A stretch of DNA of 59,939 bases, taken from an uncultured Actinomycetes bacterium (GTDB lineage: Bacteria; Actinomycetota; Actinomycetes; S36-B12; GCA-2699445). The DNA is taken from the NCBI GenBank assembly GCA_964631645.1, contig CAZVYU010000001.1, positions 5,610 through 65,548 of the forward strand. The letters run 5' to 3'. The notes beneath the pieces are model-generated. The model did not search any database. It was given only the letters and a program-made list of their open reading frames with translations, and was not told where the DNA came from. The position numbers and the translations under genes are program-made. This document shows, in pieces, positions 45,284 to 54,742 of this stretch; position 1 is the stretch's first letter, and every line of letters starts with the position of its first letter.

Positions 45284-46675
45284 GTGACCGTGTGCGTGGC
45301 GGGGATCCGCGTGGCCGGTGCTGCGTGTGCCCGAGCCCTGGCCGGGCTGGGAGCCGCGGTCATCGCCGTGGACGGCGGCACCACCCCGGAGCACGAAGAA
45401 TGGGCCGCCGAACTCACCGCGGCCGGCGTCACGGTGCGACTCGGCGACGGTGACGGGTTGCCGGACGACGTCGACCTGTTGGTCGTGTCGCCGGGGTTCC
45501 CTCCCACGGCGCCGATCATCCAGGCGGCGTTGGCACGCGATGTCGCGGTATGGGGTGAACTTGAGCTGGCCTGGCGCCTGCGCTCCGACCGCCCGGCGGC
45601 CTGGCTGGCGATCACGGGAACCAACGGCAAGACCACCGCCACGCTGATGCTCGAGTCCATGCTGCGAGCCGCTGGACTGCGGGCGATCGCCGCGGCCAAC
45701 ATCGGGGTGTCGCTGGTCGACGCCGTCCTGGGCGACGACCTGGACGCCATCGCCGTCGAGGTGGGCGCGCCACAACTGCCGTTCTGGCACACCGTCAGTC
45801 CGCTCGCGGCCGTGTGCCTCAACGTCGCCGAGGACCATATCGATCACTTCGGGACGTTCGACAACTACGCGGCCGCCAAGGCCCGCATCTACGACCGGTG
45901 CCAGGTGGCGGCCGTCTACAACCGCCAGGACGAACGGACCCGCGCCATGGTCGCCGACGCACAGTTGGGCCCGGACTGTCGCACTGTGGGATTCACCCTG
46001 GGCACCCCCGCGCCCGGTGAGCTCGGGGTCGTCGAGGACCTGTTGGTCGATCGGGCCTTCGTGGCCGATCCCACGCAGACCGCGGTCGAGATCGCGGCTG
46101 TCGGTGATGTGCGACCAGCCGCGCCGCACAACGTGGCCAATGCCCTGGCCGCCGCCGCCCTGGCCCGGGCCTACGGCGTCGCCGAGGAACACATCGCCGC
46201 CGGTCTGCGCGACTTCACTCCGGCGGGCCACCGCATCGCCACCGTCGGCACCGTCGCCGAAGTGGCCTACGTGGACGACTCGAAGGCCACCAACGCCCAT
46301 GCCGCCCTGACCTCCCTGCGGGCATATGACCGAGTGGTCTGGATCGCCGGGGGTCTGGCCAAGGGCCAGGAGTTCGACGAACTGGTGGCCGCGACCGCCG
46401 ATCGGATGGTCGGGGTCGTGCTGCTGGGCCGGGATCAGGACGTCGTCGCAGCGGCTCTGGCCCGACACGCGCCGGATGTGCCGGTCGTTGCGGTGAGCAG
46501 CACGGACACTGGGGCGATGGCCGAGGTGGTTGCTGCCGCCGCGGCCATGGCCGGGCCAGGCGACACCGTCCTGCTGGCACCGGGTTGTGCGTCGTGGGAC
46601 ATGTTCGACAGTTACGCGCAGCGCGGTGACCGATTTGCGCAGGAGGTCGCTCTGCTCGGTCCGGGCCGTGATTGA
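45284..46675 (+). CDS. murD: UDP-N-acetylmuramoylalanine--D-glutamate ligase
   Basis: ITGTNGKTTAT P-loop. The track ORF (from 44405) runs out of frame through mraY. The first plausible start after the mraY stop is GTG 45284; GTG 45290 is an alternative. Confidence 0.85.
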   Translation: MTVCVAGIRVAGAACARALAGLGAAVIAVDGGTTPEHEEWAAELTAAGVTVRLGDGDGLPDDVDLLVVSPGFPPTAPIIQAALARDVAVWGELELAWRLRSDRPAAWLAITGTNGKTTATLMLESMLRAAGLRAIAAANIGVSLVDAVLGDDLDAIAVEVGAPQLPFWHTVSPLAAVCLNVAEDHIDHFGTFDNYAAAKARIYDRCQVAAVYNRQDERTRAMVADAQLGPDCRTVGFTLGTPAPGELGVVEDLLVDRAFVADPTQTAVEIAAVGDVRPAAPHNVANALAAAALARAYGVAEEHIAAGLRDFTPAGHRIATVGTVAEVAYVDDSKATNAHAALTSLRAYDRVVWIAGGLAKGQEFDELVAATADRMVGVVLLGRDQDVVAAALARHAPDVPVVAVSSTDTGAMAEVVAAAAAMAGPGDTVLLAPGCASWDMFDSYAQRGDRFAQEVALLGPGRD

Positions 46676-46688
46676 GCTGAGGAGCAGG

Positions 46689-47912
46689 ATGTCTGACACG
46701 CAGCACCGCGAGGGCACCGCCGCAGACTCGCAGTCGCTGACGCTCAAGGAACGCCTGACCAGTCACCCGGCGAGCATCTACTACCTGATGCTGGGAGCCA
46801 CTCTGTTCCTGCTCCTCCTGGGGCTGATCATGGTCTGGTCGGCGTCGGCCATCGAGAGCATCCGGGACACCGGCGGAAGCACCGATCTGGTGGCCAAGCA
46901 GGCCCTGTTCGCCATCATCGGTCTGGCCGCGTTGTATTTCGCCTCCCGGCTGCCCACGTCGACCGTCCGCGGCCTGGCCTGGCCGGCCATCGGGGTCGCG
47001 GTCCTCCTGCTCCTCCTGGTGCTGGTCCCCGGCATCGGGGTGGCGGTGCACGGCCAGCAGAACTGGATCGATCTGGGCGGCCCCTTCCGACTGCAGCCCT
47101 CCGAGATCGCCAAGCTGGCGCTCGTCGTGTGGGGCGCCGACGTCCTCACCCGCAAGTACCGGCCGGTCACCGACTGGCCGACGCTCCTCATCCCGTTGGC
47201 GCCCGTGGGTGGCGTTATCATGTTCCTGGTCACGCTCGAGGGTGACTTCGGCAACGCCATGATCATCGCCTTCATCCTGATGGGGCTGTTCTTCGCGGTG
47301 GGGGCGCCACTGCGGTTGTTCGCGGCCTTCGCGATCCTGGGAATCAGCGCCGTCGCAGTCATGTCGTTCGGGGCGGAGTACCGGGTCCGTCGGTGGACTT
47401 CGTTCCTGGACCCCAACGCCAACGCGCTCGACGGTGCCTGGCAGGTCACCCAGGGCACCTATGCCCTGGGAACCGGAGGCTGGTTCGGTACCGGGATCGG
47501 CGGTTCCCGCGAGAAGTGGGGCAGCCTCCCGGCGGCCCACACCGACTTCATCTTCCCGGTGATCGGCGAAGAGTTGGGACTCATCGGAACCATCACGGTC
47601 CTGTCGCTGTTCGCGGTGCTGGTGTACGCGATCCTGCGGCTGGCGAAGGAATCCCCGGACCGCTTCACCCGCTTGCTGGCCGCCGGGACCGGCACGTGGA
47701 TCATCATCCAGGTCATCACCAACGTCGGCGCGGCGCTGAAGATGCTGCCCATCACGGGCGTGGTGCTGCCCATGGTCTCCTACGGCGGATCGTCGCTCGT
47801 CCCGTTGCTCGTGGCCATCGGGCTGCTTCTGGGTGCCGCCAAACGGCACCCCGCCCGGCTCGAACAGCATCGGCGCGACCAGGCCACAGAGACGATCGAG
47901 TCCGACGTCTGA
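46689..47912 (+). CDS. ftsW: SEDS-family peptidoglycan polymerase FtsW
   Basis: A 10-TM SEDS pattern, with ...PSEIAKLALV... and ...TDFIFPVIGEELG.... GAGGAGCAGG lies directly upstream of ATG 46689. Confidence 0.9.
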   Translation: MSDTQHREGTAADSQSLTLKERLTSHPASIYYLMLGATLFLLLLGLIMVWSASAIESIRDTGGSTDLVAKQALFAIIGLAALYFASRLPTSTVRGLAWPAIGVAVLLLLLVLVPGIGVAVHGQQNWIDLGGPFRLQPSEIAKLALVVWGADVLTRKYRPVTDWPTLLIPLAPVGGVIMFLVTLEGDFGNAMIIAFILMGLFFAVGAPLRLFAAFAILGISAVAVMSFGAEYRVRRWTSFLDPNANALDGAWQVTQGTYALGTGGWFGTGIGGSREKWGSLPAAHTDFIFPVIGEELGLIGTITVLSLFAVLVYAILRLAKESPDRFTRLLAAGTGTWIIIQVITNVGAALKMLPITGVVLPMVSYGGSSLVPLLVAIGLLLGAAKRHPARLEQHRRDQATETIESDV

Positions 47913-48988
47913 TGGGTCTGCGCGTGGCCCTGGCCGCCGGCGGGACCGGCGGCCACATCGAACCGGCCCTAAACCTGGCCGACGAACTGCTGCGTCGTGA
48001 TCCGACCACCGACATCATGGTGATCGGTACCGCCAAGGGCCTCGAGACGGATCTGGTGCCTGCGCGCGGCTACGACCTCGAACTCATCGATCCCGTCCCG
48101 CTGCCGCGGCGGCCCGGACGGGAGTTGGTGACGTTGCCCGGGCGCCTGCGCACCTCGGTGCGGCAGGCACGCGACACGATGGCGGCCCGGGGCAGCCAGG
48201 TGGTCGTCGGGTTCGGCGGGTACGTGTCGCTACCGGCCTATCTGGCGGCGCGGCGCCGGCTGCCGGCGGTCATCCACGAGGCCAACGCCAAGCCGGGGCT
48301 CGCCAACCGGGTCGGGGCGCGGCTGTCGCCCTGGGTCGCCGAGAACTATGCGGGGTCGTTGCCGCACGCCCGTCGGCTCGGGTGCCCGCTGCGTCATGCG
48401 ATCGAGACGTTGGACCGCGCGGCGCAACGGGCAGCGGCCCGGGAACACTTCGGACTGTCGTTGACCGCCCCGGTCCTGTTGGTCTTCGGCGGTTCCCAGG
48501 GGGCTGCCTCCGTCAACGCCGCATTGGCCGGCGCCCTGGACCGGTTGCTCGCCACCGGGATCCAGGTCGTGCACGCGATCGGTCCGCGGCAAGCGGAGCA
48601 GATGAGGCCCCGCGCCGGGTACCACCCGCTGCCGTTCATCGACCGGATGGATCTGGCCTACGCGGCGGCCGATCTGGCGGTGTGCCGTGCCGGTGCCATG
48701 ACCTGCGCCGAGGTGGCCGCCGTCGGATTGCCGTGCCTCTACGTGCCCTATCCGATCGGCAACGGGGAACAGCGGTTCAACGCGGAACCGGTGGTGGCGG
48801 CAGGCGGTGGCATCATGGTGGTCGATGCCGATCTGACCGCCGGGCGACTGGCCGCCGAGGTCATCCCGCTGATCACCGACGACCGTCGGCTGGCCGACAT
48901 GGGCGCTCGCGCTGCGGCCTACGGCATCCGCGATGGGGCCGCCCGGTTGGCCGACATGGTGACCCGCGCTGCGGAGGAAGGCCGATGA
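47912..48988 (+). CDS. murG: Undecaprenyldiphospho-muramoylpentapeptide beta-N-acetylglucosaminyltransferase
   Basis: AAGGTGGHIEP motif. ATG 47912 overlaps the ftsW TGA by 1 nt. Confidence 0.9.
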   Translation: MGLRVALAAGGTGGHIEPALNLADELLRRDPTTDIMVIGTAKGLETDLVPARGYDLELIDPVPLPRRPGRELVTLPGRLRTSVRQARDTMAARGSQVVVGFGGYVSLPAYLAARRRLPAVIHEANAKPGLANRVGARLSPWVAENYAGSLPHARRLGCPLRHAIETLDRAAQRAAAREHFGLSLTAPVLLVFGGSQGAASVNAALAGALDRLLATGIQVVHAIGPRQAEQMRPRAGYHPLPFIDRMDLAYAAADLAVCRAGAMTCAEVAAVGLPCLYVPYPIGNGEQRFNAEPVVAAGGGIMVVDADLTAGRLAAEVIPLITDDRRLADMGARAAAYGIRDGAARLADMVTRAAEEGR

Positions 48989-50394
48989 CCGAACTGACGC
49001 TGCCGCAGTTGCGCCGGGTCCATCTCGTCGGCATGGGTGGGGCGGGGATGAGCGGCCTGGCCCGGCTGATGATCGACCGCGGCGTCGCGGTCTCGGGCAG
49101 CGACATGCGCGATTCCGCCCGGCTCGAGACCCTGCGCCGGCAGGGCGCCGACGTCTACATCGGGCACGATGCCGCTCACGTCGCCGCCGACGTCGATGTG
49201 GTCATCGACACCCCGATCATCCCTGCGGACAACCCCGAAGTGGCGGCCGCCCACGACCGGGGGATCCCGGTCCTGGCGCGCTCCGAGGCGCTCGCCCTGG
49301 TCATGGCCGACCGCACGGTCATCGGGGTCGGTGGGACGCACGGGAAGACGACCACGACGTCAATGATCACGGTCGCGCTGCAGCGGTGTGGTGTCGATCC
49401 GTCGTTCGCCATCGGCAGCGAGGTCAACGACTTGGGCAGCAACGCCCACACCGGACAGGGCGATTTTTTTGTGGTCGAGGCGGACGAGTCCGATGGGGCG
49501 TTCCTGCACATGCACCCGGCGGTCGTCGTCGTCACCAACGTCGAACCGGACCACCTGAACCACTGGGGCACCTTCGAGGCGCTGGAAGCCGCCTTCGACG
49601 AGTTCGTCGATCTGGTGAACCCCAACGACGGCTTCGCCGTCATCTGCGCCGACCAGGTGGGCAGCCGCGCCGTCATCGAGCGCGCTCGCGCCCGGGGGAC
49701 TCACGTGGTCACCTACGGCACCAGCGCCGACAGTGACTACCGCCTGGTGATCCTGGGCAGCGAACACGCCGGATACCGCTTCGATGTGATCCATCGGGGC
49801 GTCCGCCTGGGCGACATCGTCCTGCAGGTGCCCGGACGCCATAACGCACTGAACGCCACGGCGGCCCTGGCAGCGTGTCACGGGCTCGGCTTCAGCACCG
49901 CGGAGATCCGCGCCGGTCTCGAAGCTTTCAGCGGGACCCGGCGGCGGTTCGAGTTCCGCGGCGAGGCCGGGGGAGTGCGGGTCTACGACGACTACGCCCA
50001 CCACCCGACCGAACTCGAGGCCACCCTGACCGCCGCCCGCGAGTTCCTGGGCGAAGGGCCGCGCTTGGTCGTCGCCTTCCAAGCTCACCACTACTACCGC
50101 ACCGCCTTGTTCAGCCGGGAGTTCGGCGCGGCGCTCGGCCTGGCCGATGATGTCGTCGTCCTGGAGGTCTTCGCCCCGGGCGAGGAACCCATCCCCGGTG
50201 CCAGCGGGCAGGCGATGGCCGCCAACGTCCCCCTTCCGCCCGCTCATGTGGTCTTCGAACCTTCGTGGTCGAAGGTGGCGGGTCATCTCGCGGCCCGTGC
50301 CCGTCCCGGAGATATGGTGATGACGCTGGGCGCAGGGGACATCTCACTCCTGGGTCCCGAGGTGCTGGCACTGCTGCGGGAGGGAGACCGATGA
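48985..50394 (+). CDS. murC: UDP-N-acetylmuramate--L-alanine ligase
   Basis: GMGGAGMSGLA and GVGGTHGKTTTTS motifs. ATGA overlap with murG. Confidence 0.9.
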   Translation: MTELTLPQLRRVHLVGMGGAGMSGLARLMIDRGVAVSGSDMRDSARLETLRRQGADVYIGHDAAHVAADVDVVIDTPIIPADNPEVAAAHDRGIPVLARSEALALVMADRTVIGVGGTHGKTTTTSMITVALQRCGVDPSFAIGSEVNDLGSNAHTGQGDFFVVEADESDGAFLHMHPAVVVVTNVEPDHLNHWGTFEALEAAFDEFVDLVNPNDGFAVICADQVGSRAVIERARARGTHVVTYGTSADSDYRLVILGSEHAGYRFDVIHRGVRLGDIVLQVPGRHNALNATAALAACHGLGFSTAEIRAGLEAFSGTRRRFEFRGEAGGVRVYDDYAHHPTELEATLTAAREFLGEGPRLVVAFQAHHYYRTALFSREFGAALGLADDVVVLEVFAPGEEPIPGASGQAMAANVPLPPAHVVFEPSWSKVAGHLAARARPGDMVMTLGAGDISLLGPEVLALLREGDR

Positions 50395-51176
50395 CCACGC
50401 TGTCCGCCCCGGCCCAGTCGACGACGGAACCGGCGGGCCCGGCCGATCCCGGACCCCGACGGCGGCGCCCCCGCCTGAAGGTGCGACTGGTGATCTTCGC
50501 CGTTCTGGCCGTCGTGATCGCCGGCGTGTTCGCCTGGCTGCTGTCGTGGCAGTCCCCGGTCCCGGTCCGGACCGTCACGGTGACCGGTGCCGCCCCGGAC
50601 AAGCAGGCCGAGGTCAAGGCCGCTGCCGCCATCGTCGAGGGCACGCCGATCCGCGACCTGGCGGTCGATCAGATCGTCAGCCGAGTGGGTTCCGTTCCGG
50701 GCATCGAAGGGGTCGAGGTCGTCCTGCAGCGTCCGTGGACCATCGATCTCGCGGTCGAGCAACGCGTCCCCTTCGCGGTCACCGGATCCGCTGATCAGTG
50801 GACGGTCGTCGACCGGCGCGGCCAACCCATCACCCAGTCCGCTGCCCGGCCGGCGGCGCTCCCGCAGGTGACGACCGCCGGCGCCGCCGGCCCGGCCGGA
50901 GCCCTGGCCGCGTTGGCCGCACTTCCGCCGGAGCTCAGGGCCAAGGTTCGGACGGCGGCGGTGGATGCACCGGGCACCATCACCCTCACCCTGAACTCCG
51001 GGGTGGTGGTGGCGTGGGGTCTGCCTGGTCAGGAGGCGGCCAAGGCGAAGGCCGTGGTGGCGGTGTCCTCCTACAAGCCGACGCGTATCGATGTGTCCGT
51101 GCCGCAGCGGCCAGCGCTGAGTGGACCGCTGAAGCTGCCCCAGCGCAACCAACAGCAGGAAGAGCCGGTTCAGTAG
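50391..51176 (+). CDS. ftsQ: Cell-division protein FtsQ (POTRA domain)
   Basis: ATGA overlap with murC. Basic N-terminus, one TM segment (LVIFAVLAVVIAGVFAWLL), then a POTRA-like ...VRTVTVTG... domain. Confidence 0.8.
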   Translation: MTTLSAPAQSTTEPAGPADPGPRRRRPRLKVRLVIFAVLAVVIAGVFAWLLSWQSPVPVRTVTVTGAAPDKQAEVKAAAAIVEGTPIRDLAVDQIVSRVGSVPGIEGVEVVLQRPWTIDLAVEQRVPFAVTGSADQWTVVDRRGQPITQSAARPAALPQVTTAGAAGPAGALAALAALPPELRAKVRTAAVDAPGTITLTLNSGVVVAWGLPGQEAAKAKAVVAVSSYKPTRIDVSVPQRPALSGPLKLPQRNQQQEEPVQ

Positions 51177-51238
51177 ATCACCGCGCGTCCCGCGATGGTC
51201 ACCGATAGCGTTCCCTCGTCGCCTAACGAGGAGTGGAC

Positions 51239-51781
51239 ATGACTCGCCGAAACTTGACCGTCGCAGCCGGATTGTCCGGAGTAGCCCTGGTGGCCGTGGG
51301 ATGCAGCAGCAGTTCCACCCCGGCGGACAGCGTGACCGTGACCGCCACTCCCACCGAAGCCACGGCCGCGGCGCCCACTCCCACCGCCACTAAGACCAAC
51401 TCAGGCTCTGGTGGGGCGACCCTTCCGAAGCCACCCGCGGGATCCACCAAGGTGGGCGGCTCGAGCAACGGCGCCGAGCAGTACGCCCGGTACAAGAACT
51501 CGCAGAAGAGTCCGCAGAAGATCGTCAACAGCTACAAGAAGAAGGCCCAGCAGACCGGCTACACGATCAAGAACTCCGGTGGCAGCGGCGGTGGCTGGGG
51601 CGGCTACGGCGGTTCGAACTACGGTCTGACCGCTGAGAAATCAGGCTCCTACCTGGACGTCCAGGCCGGTGGCGAGAACAGCGGCCCGACCTACTTCGAA
51701 GTGTGTGTCGGACCTGACAACGGGGCTCGGGAGCACTGCGAGAACTCCAGCCAAGAGGATTCCCGCTCCAACGCGAGTTGA
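51239..51781 (+). CDS. Putative lipoprotein, unknown family (Thr/Pro linker, Lys- and Gly-rich C-terminal domain)
   Basis: Signal peptide with a lipobox-like LVAVGC. GAGGAG lies 6 nt upstream of ATG 51239. Its composition is visibly Lys-richer and less GC-rich than its neighbours. Confidence 0.6.
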   Translation: MTRRNLTVAAGLSGVALVAVGCSSSSTPADSVTVTATPTEATAAAPTPTATKTNSGSGGATLPKPPAGSTKVGGSSNGAEQYARYKNSQKSPQKIVNSYKKKAQQTGYTIKNSGGSGGGWGGYGGSNYGLTAEKSGSYLDVQAGGENSGPTYFEVCVGPDNGAREHCENSSQEDSRSNAS

Positions 51782-52662
51782 TGCGGCTGCTCACCCGTCG
51801 GGAACATCGGTTCCCGGCGATGGGCACCCGCTGCCATGTGGTCGTGGTGGGCGGCGACTCGCAGCTGCCCGCCGGCGCCGAGGCGCGGATCCGGGAACTT
51901 CAGGGTCGCTGGACGCGCTTCGAACCCGACAGCGAGATCAGCCGACTGAACGCGCTGGGTTCGGCCACGTTGAGTCCGGACAGTTGGCGGCTGCTCGCCG
52001 CCGGGGTCGTGGGCCGGGCGCTGACCGACGGCCGGTTCGACCCGTTCCTGGAGCGGCAGATCGTCGCCGCGGGCTATGACCGCGATTTCGCGGAGCTCAC
52101 CGACACGCAGCCGACCGGAACTGCGCGCGCGGCGGTGGCCCGACCCATCCAGTCATGGGATCGACGACGCCGTTGGGTCCGATTGGCGCCCGGGGCCGCA
52201 CTCGACTCGGGCGGGTTGGGCAAGGGACTGGCCGCTGATCTCGTCAGCGCAGAACTCATGGCGGCCGGCGCGGTGGCGTGTCTGGTGAATCTGGGGGGCG
52301 ACCTGCGGGTACGGGGCGACAAAGGAACGCCGTGGGAGATCGGGATCGACCGCGAGTCCGACGGCGAGTCGCTGTCGGTGCGGCTCACCGCCGGCGGACT
52401 GGCGACCAGCAGCGTCAGCAGACGGCGCTGGGGGACTGCCGACGGCGGGCACGCGCACCATCTGCTCGACCCCCGGACCGGTCGGCCACTGCGGGGGCGC
52501 TGGGTGGGCGCCACCGCCATCGCACCCCAGGCCTGGCTGGCGGAGGTGCTCAGCAAGGTCCTGCTCCAGGTCGACCAGCGGCGAGGCGCACGACTGCTGG
52601 CCCGGCATCGCGGCGGCGGTGTGATCCAGGGTCCGGAAGGTCAGGTGGTCACCCTCGGCTGA
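51781..52662 (+). CDS. apbE: FAD:protein FMN transferase (ApbE family), no signal peptide evident
   Basis: The ApbE patterns FPAMGTRCHVVV, LDSGGLGKGLAAD and NLGGDL are present. The start overlaps the lipoprotein TGA by 1 nt (TGATG). Confidence 0.8.
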   Translation: MRLLTRREHRFPAMGTRCHVVVVGGDSQLPAGAEARIRELQGRWTRFEPDSEISRLNALGSATLSPDSWRLLAAGVVGRALTDGRFDPFLERQIVAAGYDRDFAELTDTQPTGTARAAVARPIQSWDRRRRWVRLAPGAALDSGGLGKGLAADLVSAELMAAGAVACLVNLGGDLRVRGDKGTPWEIGIDRESDGESLSVRLTAGGLATSSVSRRRWGTADGGHAHHLLDPRTGRPLRGRWVGATAIAPQAWLAEVLSKVLLQVDQRRGARLLARHRGGGVIQGPEGQVVTLG

Positions 52663-52878
52663 CCCTGGTCCAGCCATCGATCTTGAGTTGAGGTCCAGAC
52701 TTTCGTAGGGAATCGGTCACGAATCTGCTTGCTGGCCGGATCACCCGCTCATAGCCTTCACCTGATCGAACACCGGGGAACTGATCCGGGCCGAGAACCC
52801 TCGAGCCCAGGTCGAGGTGATCGAGTGGGTGGGAAAACACTAGGACCGCCGTCGAACGACGGTGTGGGAGGGAATCTC

Positions 52879-53999
52879 GTGGCTGCTCCGCAGAATTACT
52901 TGGCCGTCATCAAGGTCGTCGGCATCGGCGGCGGGGGTGTCAACGCCGTCAACCGCATGATCGAGGTCGGCCTCAAGGGCGTCGAGTTCATCGCGATCAA
53001 CACCGACGCACAGGCCCTGCTCATGAGCGACGCCGACGTCAAGCTCGACATCGGCCGGGACCTCACGCGCGGACTGGGCGCGGGCGCCAACCCCGACGTG
53101 GGCCGTCAGGCCGCCGAAGACCACGGCGACGAGATCGAAGAGGTCCTCAAGGGTGCCGACATGGTGTTCGTGACCGCTGGCGAAGGGGGCGGCACCGGGA
53201 CCGGCGGCGCACCCGTCGTGGCTCGCATCGCCCGCAGCCTCGGCGCCCTGACCATCGGCGTCGTCACCCGCCCGTTCGGATTCGAGGGACGCCGGCGCGG
53301 CACCCAGGCCGAGGACGGCATCGAGTCGCTGCGCGGCGAGGTCGACACGCTCATCGTGATCCCCAACGACCGACTCCTGTCGCTCACGGATCGGCAGATC
53401 AGCGTCATCGACGCCTTCAAGCAGGCGGACCACGTCCTGCTGCAGGGTGTCTCGGGCATCACCCGGGCCTGATCAACCTCGACTTCGCCGACGTGAAGAG
53501 CGTCATGCAGGGGGCCGGCAGCGCTCTCATGGGGATCGGCTCCTCCCGCGGTGGCGACGACCGTGCGATCACAGCGGCCGAGGGCGCCATCAACTCGCCG
53601 CTGCTCGAGGCGAGCATCGACGGCGCCCACGGTGTGCTGATGTCGATCGCAGGTGGCAGTGATCTGGGGCTCTTCGAGATCAACGAAGCCGCTCGGCTCG
53701 TATCGGAGGCCGCCCACCCCGACGCCAACATCATCTTCGGCACGGTCATCGACGACACCCTCGGCGACGAGGTGCGCGTCACCGTCATCGCGGCCGGCTT
53801 CGACGGCGGACTGCCGACGACCCGCGAGACCGCCGAGGTGCGCGTCCCCGAGAGCGAGACCGTCTCGGTGCGCCCCGCGGCGCGACCGCAGGGTGCCGTG
53901 GCGCAGCCGGTCGGCGGGGGTACTCCCGTGGAGCCGCAGCGCACGGTGTTCGACGACTCCGACGATGACGGCATCGACATCCCCGACTTCCTGAAGTGA
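52879..53999 (+). pseudogene. ftsZ: ftsZ interrupted by a frame change at ~53463 (N-terminal part 52879-53472 in frame 1, C-terminal part continues in frame 3 to 53999)
   Basis: Frame 1 gives the [10 protein letters not shown] tubulin signature and ends ...[11 protein letters not shown]. Frame 3 reads [27 protein letters not shown]...DIPDFLK. Base 53463 is shared by the last good codon (ACC) and the first codon of the continuation (CCG). The conserved DLITT between GIT and PGL is missing. GGGAGGG RBS before GTG 52879. Confidence 0.85.
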
Positions 54000-54742
54000 C
54001 CGCCGCGCCGCGCGGGCAGTCACCCGCTCGGTCGGATCAGTGGCATCGGGTGGTCTTCACCGGTCGGTCCGGGGGAGTGAGCACCGGGGCGTTCGCTTCG
54101 TTGAACCTGGGCGACCACGTCGGTGACGACCCCGGGGCGGTCACCGCCAACCGCGCCACGCTGGCCGCCTTCGCGGGACTGCCAACGGATCGACTCGCCG
54201 TCATGAAGGCCGCCCACGGTCGGGATTCGGCCGTGGCCGATCGGCCGGGGACCTACGAGGACGTCGACATCCTGGTCACCCGCGACCCGGAGCTGGCGGT
54301 GGTCGCCCTGGCGGCCGACTGTGTGCCGATGGCGCTGCTGGATCCCGGAGCGGGCGTGGCTGCGGCCGTGCACTCCGGGTGGCGCGGTGTTGCTGCGGAT
54401 GCCGCAGGAGCCGCGGTCGCGGCCATGGTCGCCCAAGGGGCACAGCCCGAGCGCATCAGCGCCCGCCTGGGGGCCGCCATCTGTCCCGCTTGTTATGAGG
54501 TCTCCGAAGACGTGCGCCACGACGTCGCCGCCTCCGCCCCGGACGCGTTCGCCGTCACCCGGTCCGGAAGGCCCGCGGTGGCCCTGCACCCAGCGGTACG
54601 GCAGCAACTGCGCCGGGCGGGCGTCACCGAGATCACCGCCGACCCCACGTGCACCTTCGAGTCGCAGGCGTTCTTCTCGCACCGGCGCGACGGGGTCACC
54701 GGTCGCCACGGCGTCGTGGTGCGCCTTCCGGAGTCAGCGTGA
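53996..54742 (+). CDS. pgeF: Peptidoglycan editing factor PgeF (YfiH/laccase-domain protein)
   Basis: ...ADCVP...HSGWRG...CPACYEV... motifs. GTGA overlap with the ftsZ stop. Confidence 0.85.
   Translation: MTAAPRGQSPARSDQWHRVVFTGRSGGVSTGAFASLNLGDHVGDDPGAVTANRATLAAFAGLPTDRLAVMKAAHGRDSAVADRPGTYEDVDILVTRDPELAVVALAADCVPMALLDPGAGVAAAVHSGWRGVAADAAGAAVAAMVAQGAQPERISARLGAAICPACYEVSEDVRHDVAASAPDAFAVTRSGRPAVALHPAVRQQLRRAGVTEITADPTCTFESQAFFSHRRDGVTGRHGVVVRLPESA

Noticed and set aside
44405-46675. Apparent N-terminal extensions in the ORF track. Examples: the 756-aa murD ORF, 629-aa idsA ORF (21706-23595), 613-aa GT2 ORF (26789-28630), 725-aa fadD ORF, 710-aa kinase ORF, 468-aa rsmH ORF.
   Set aside because: The extensions run out of frame through, or antisense to, neighbouring well-supported genes, and homology begins only at the internal starts I report. 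They are not fusion proteins.
51239-51781. The lipoprotein as the direct flavinylation substrate of the adjacent ApbE, via the GSGGATLP segment.
   Set aside because: The segment only loosely resembles the Dxx(s/t)gA(T/S) flavinylation motif: it lacks the Asp, has Gly instead of Ser/Thr, and sits in the low-complexity linker. No FMN-binding domain is recognisable. The ApbE gene also lacks an export signal. I keep this only as a weak possibility.
53455-53475. Programmed ribosomal frameshifting as an explanation for the ftsZ frame change.
   Set aside because: There is no X_XXY_YYZ slippery heptamer in the zero frame (atc acc cgg gcc tga) and no obvious downstream stimulatory structure. A frameshift alone would also not restore the missing DLITT residues.
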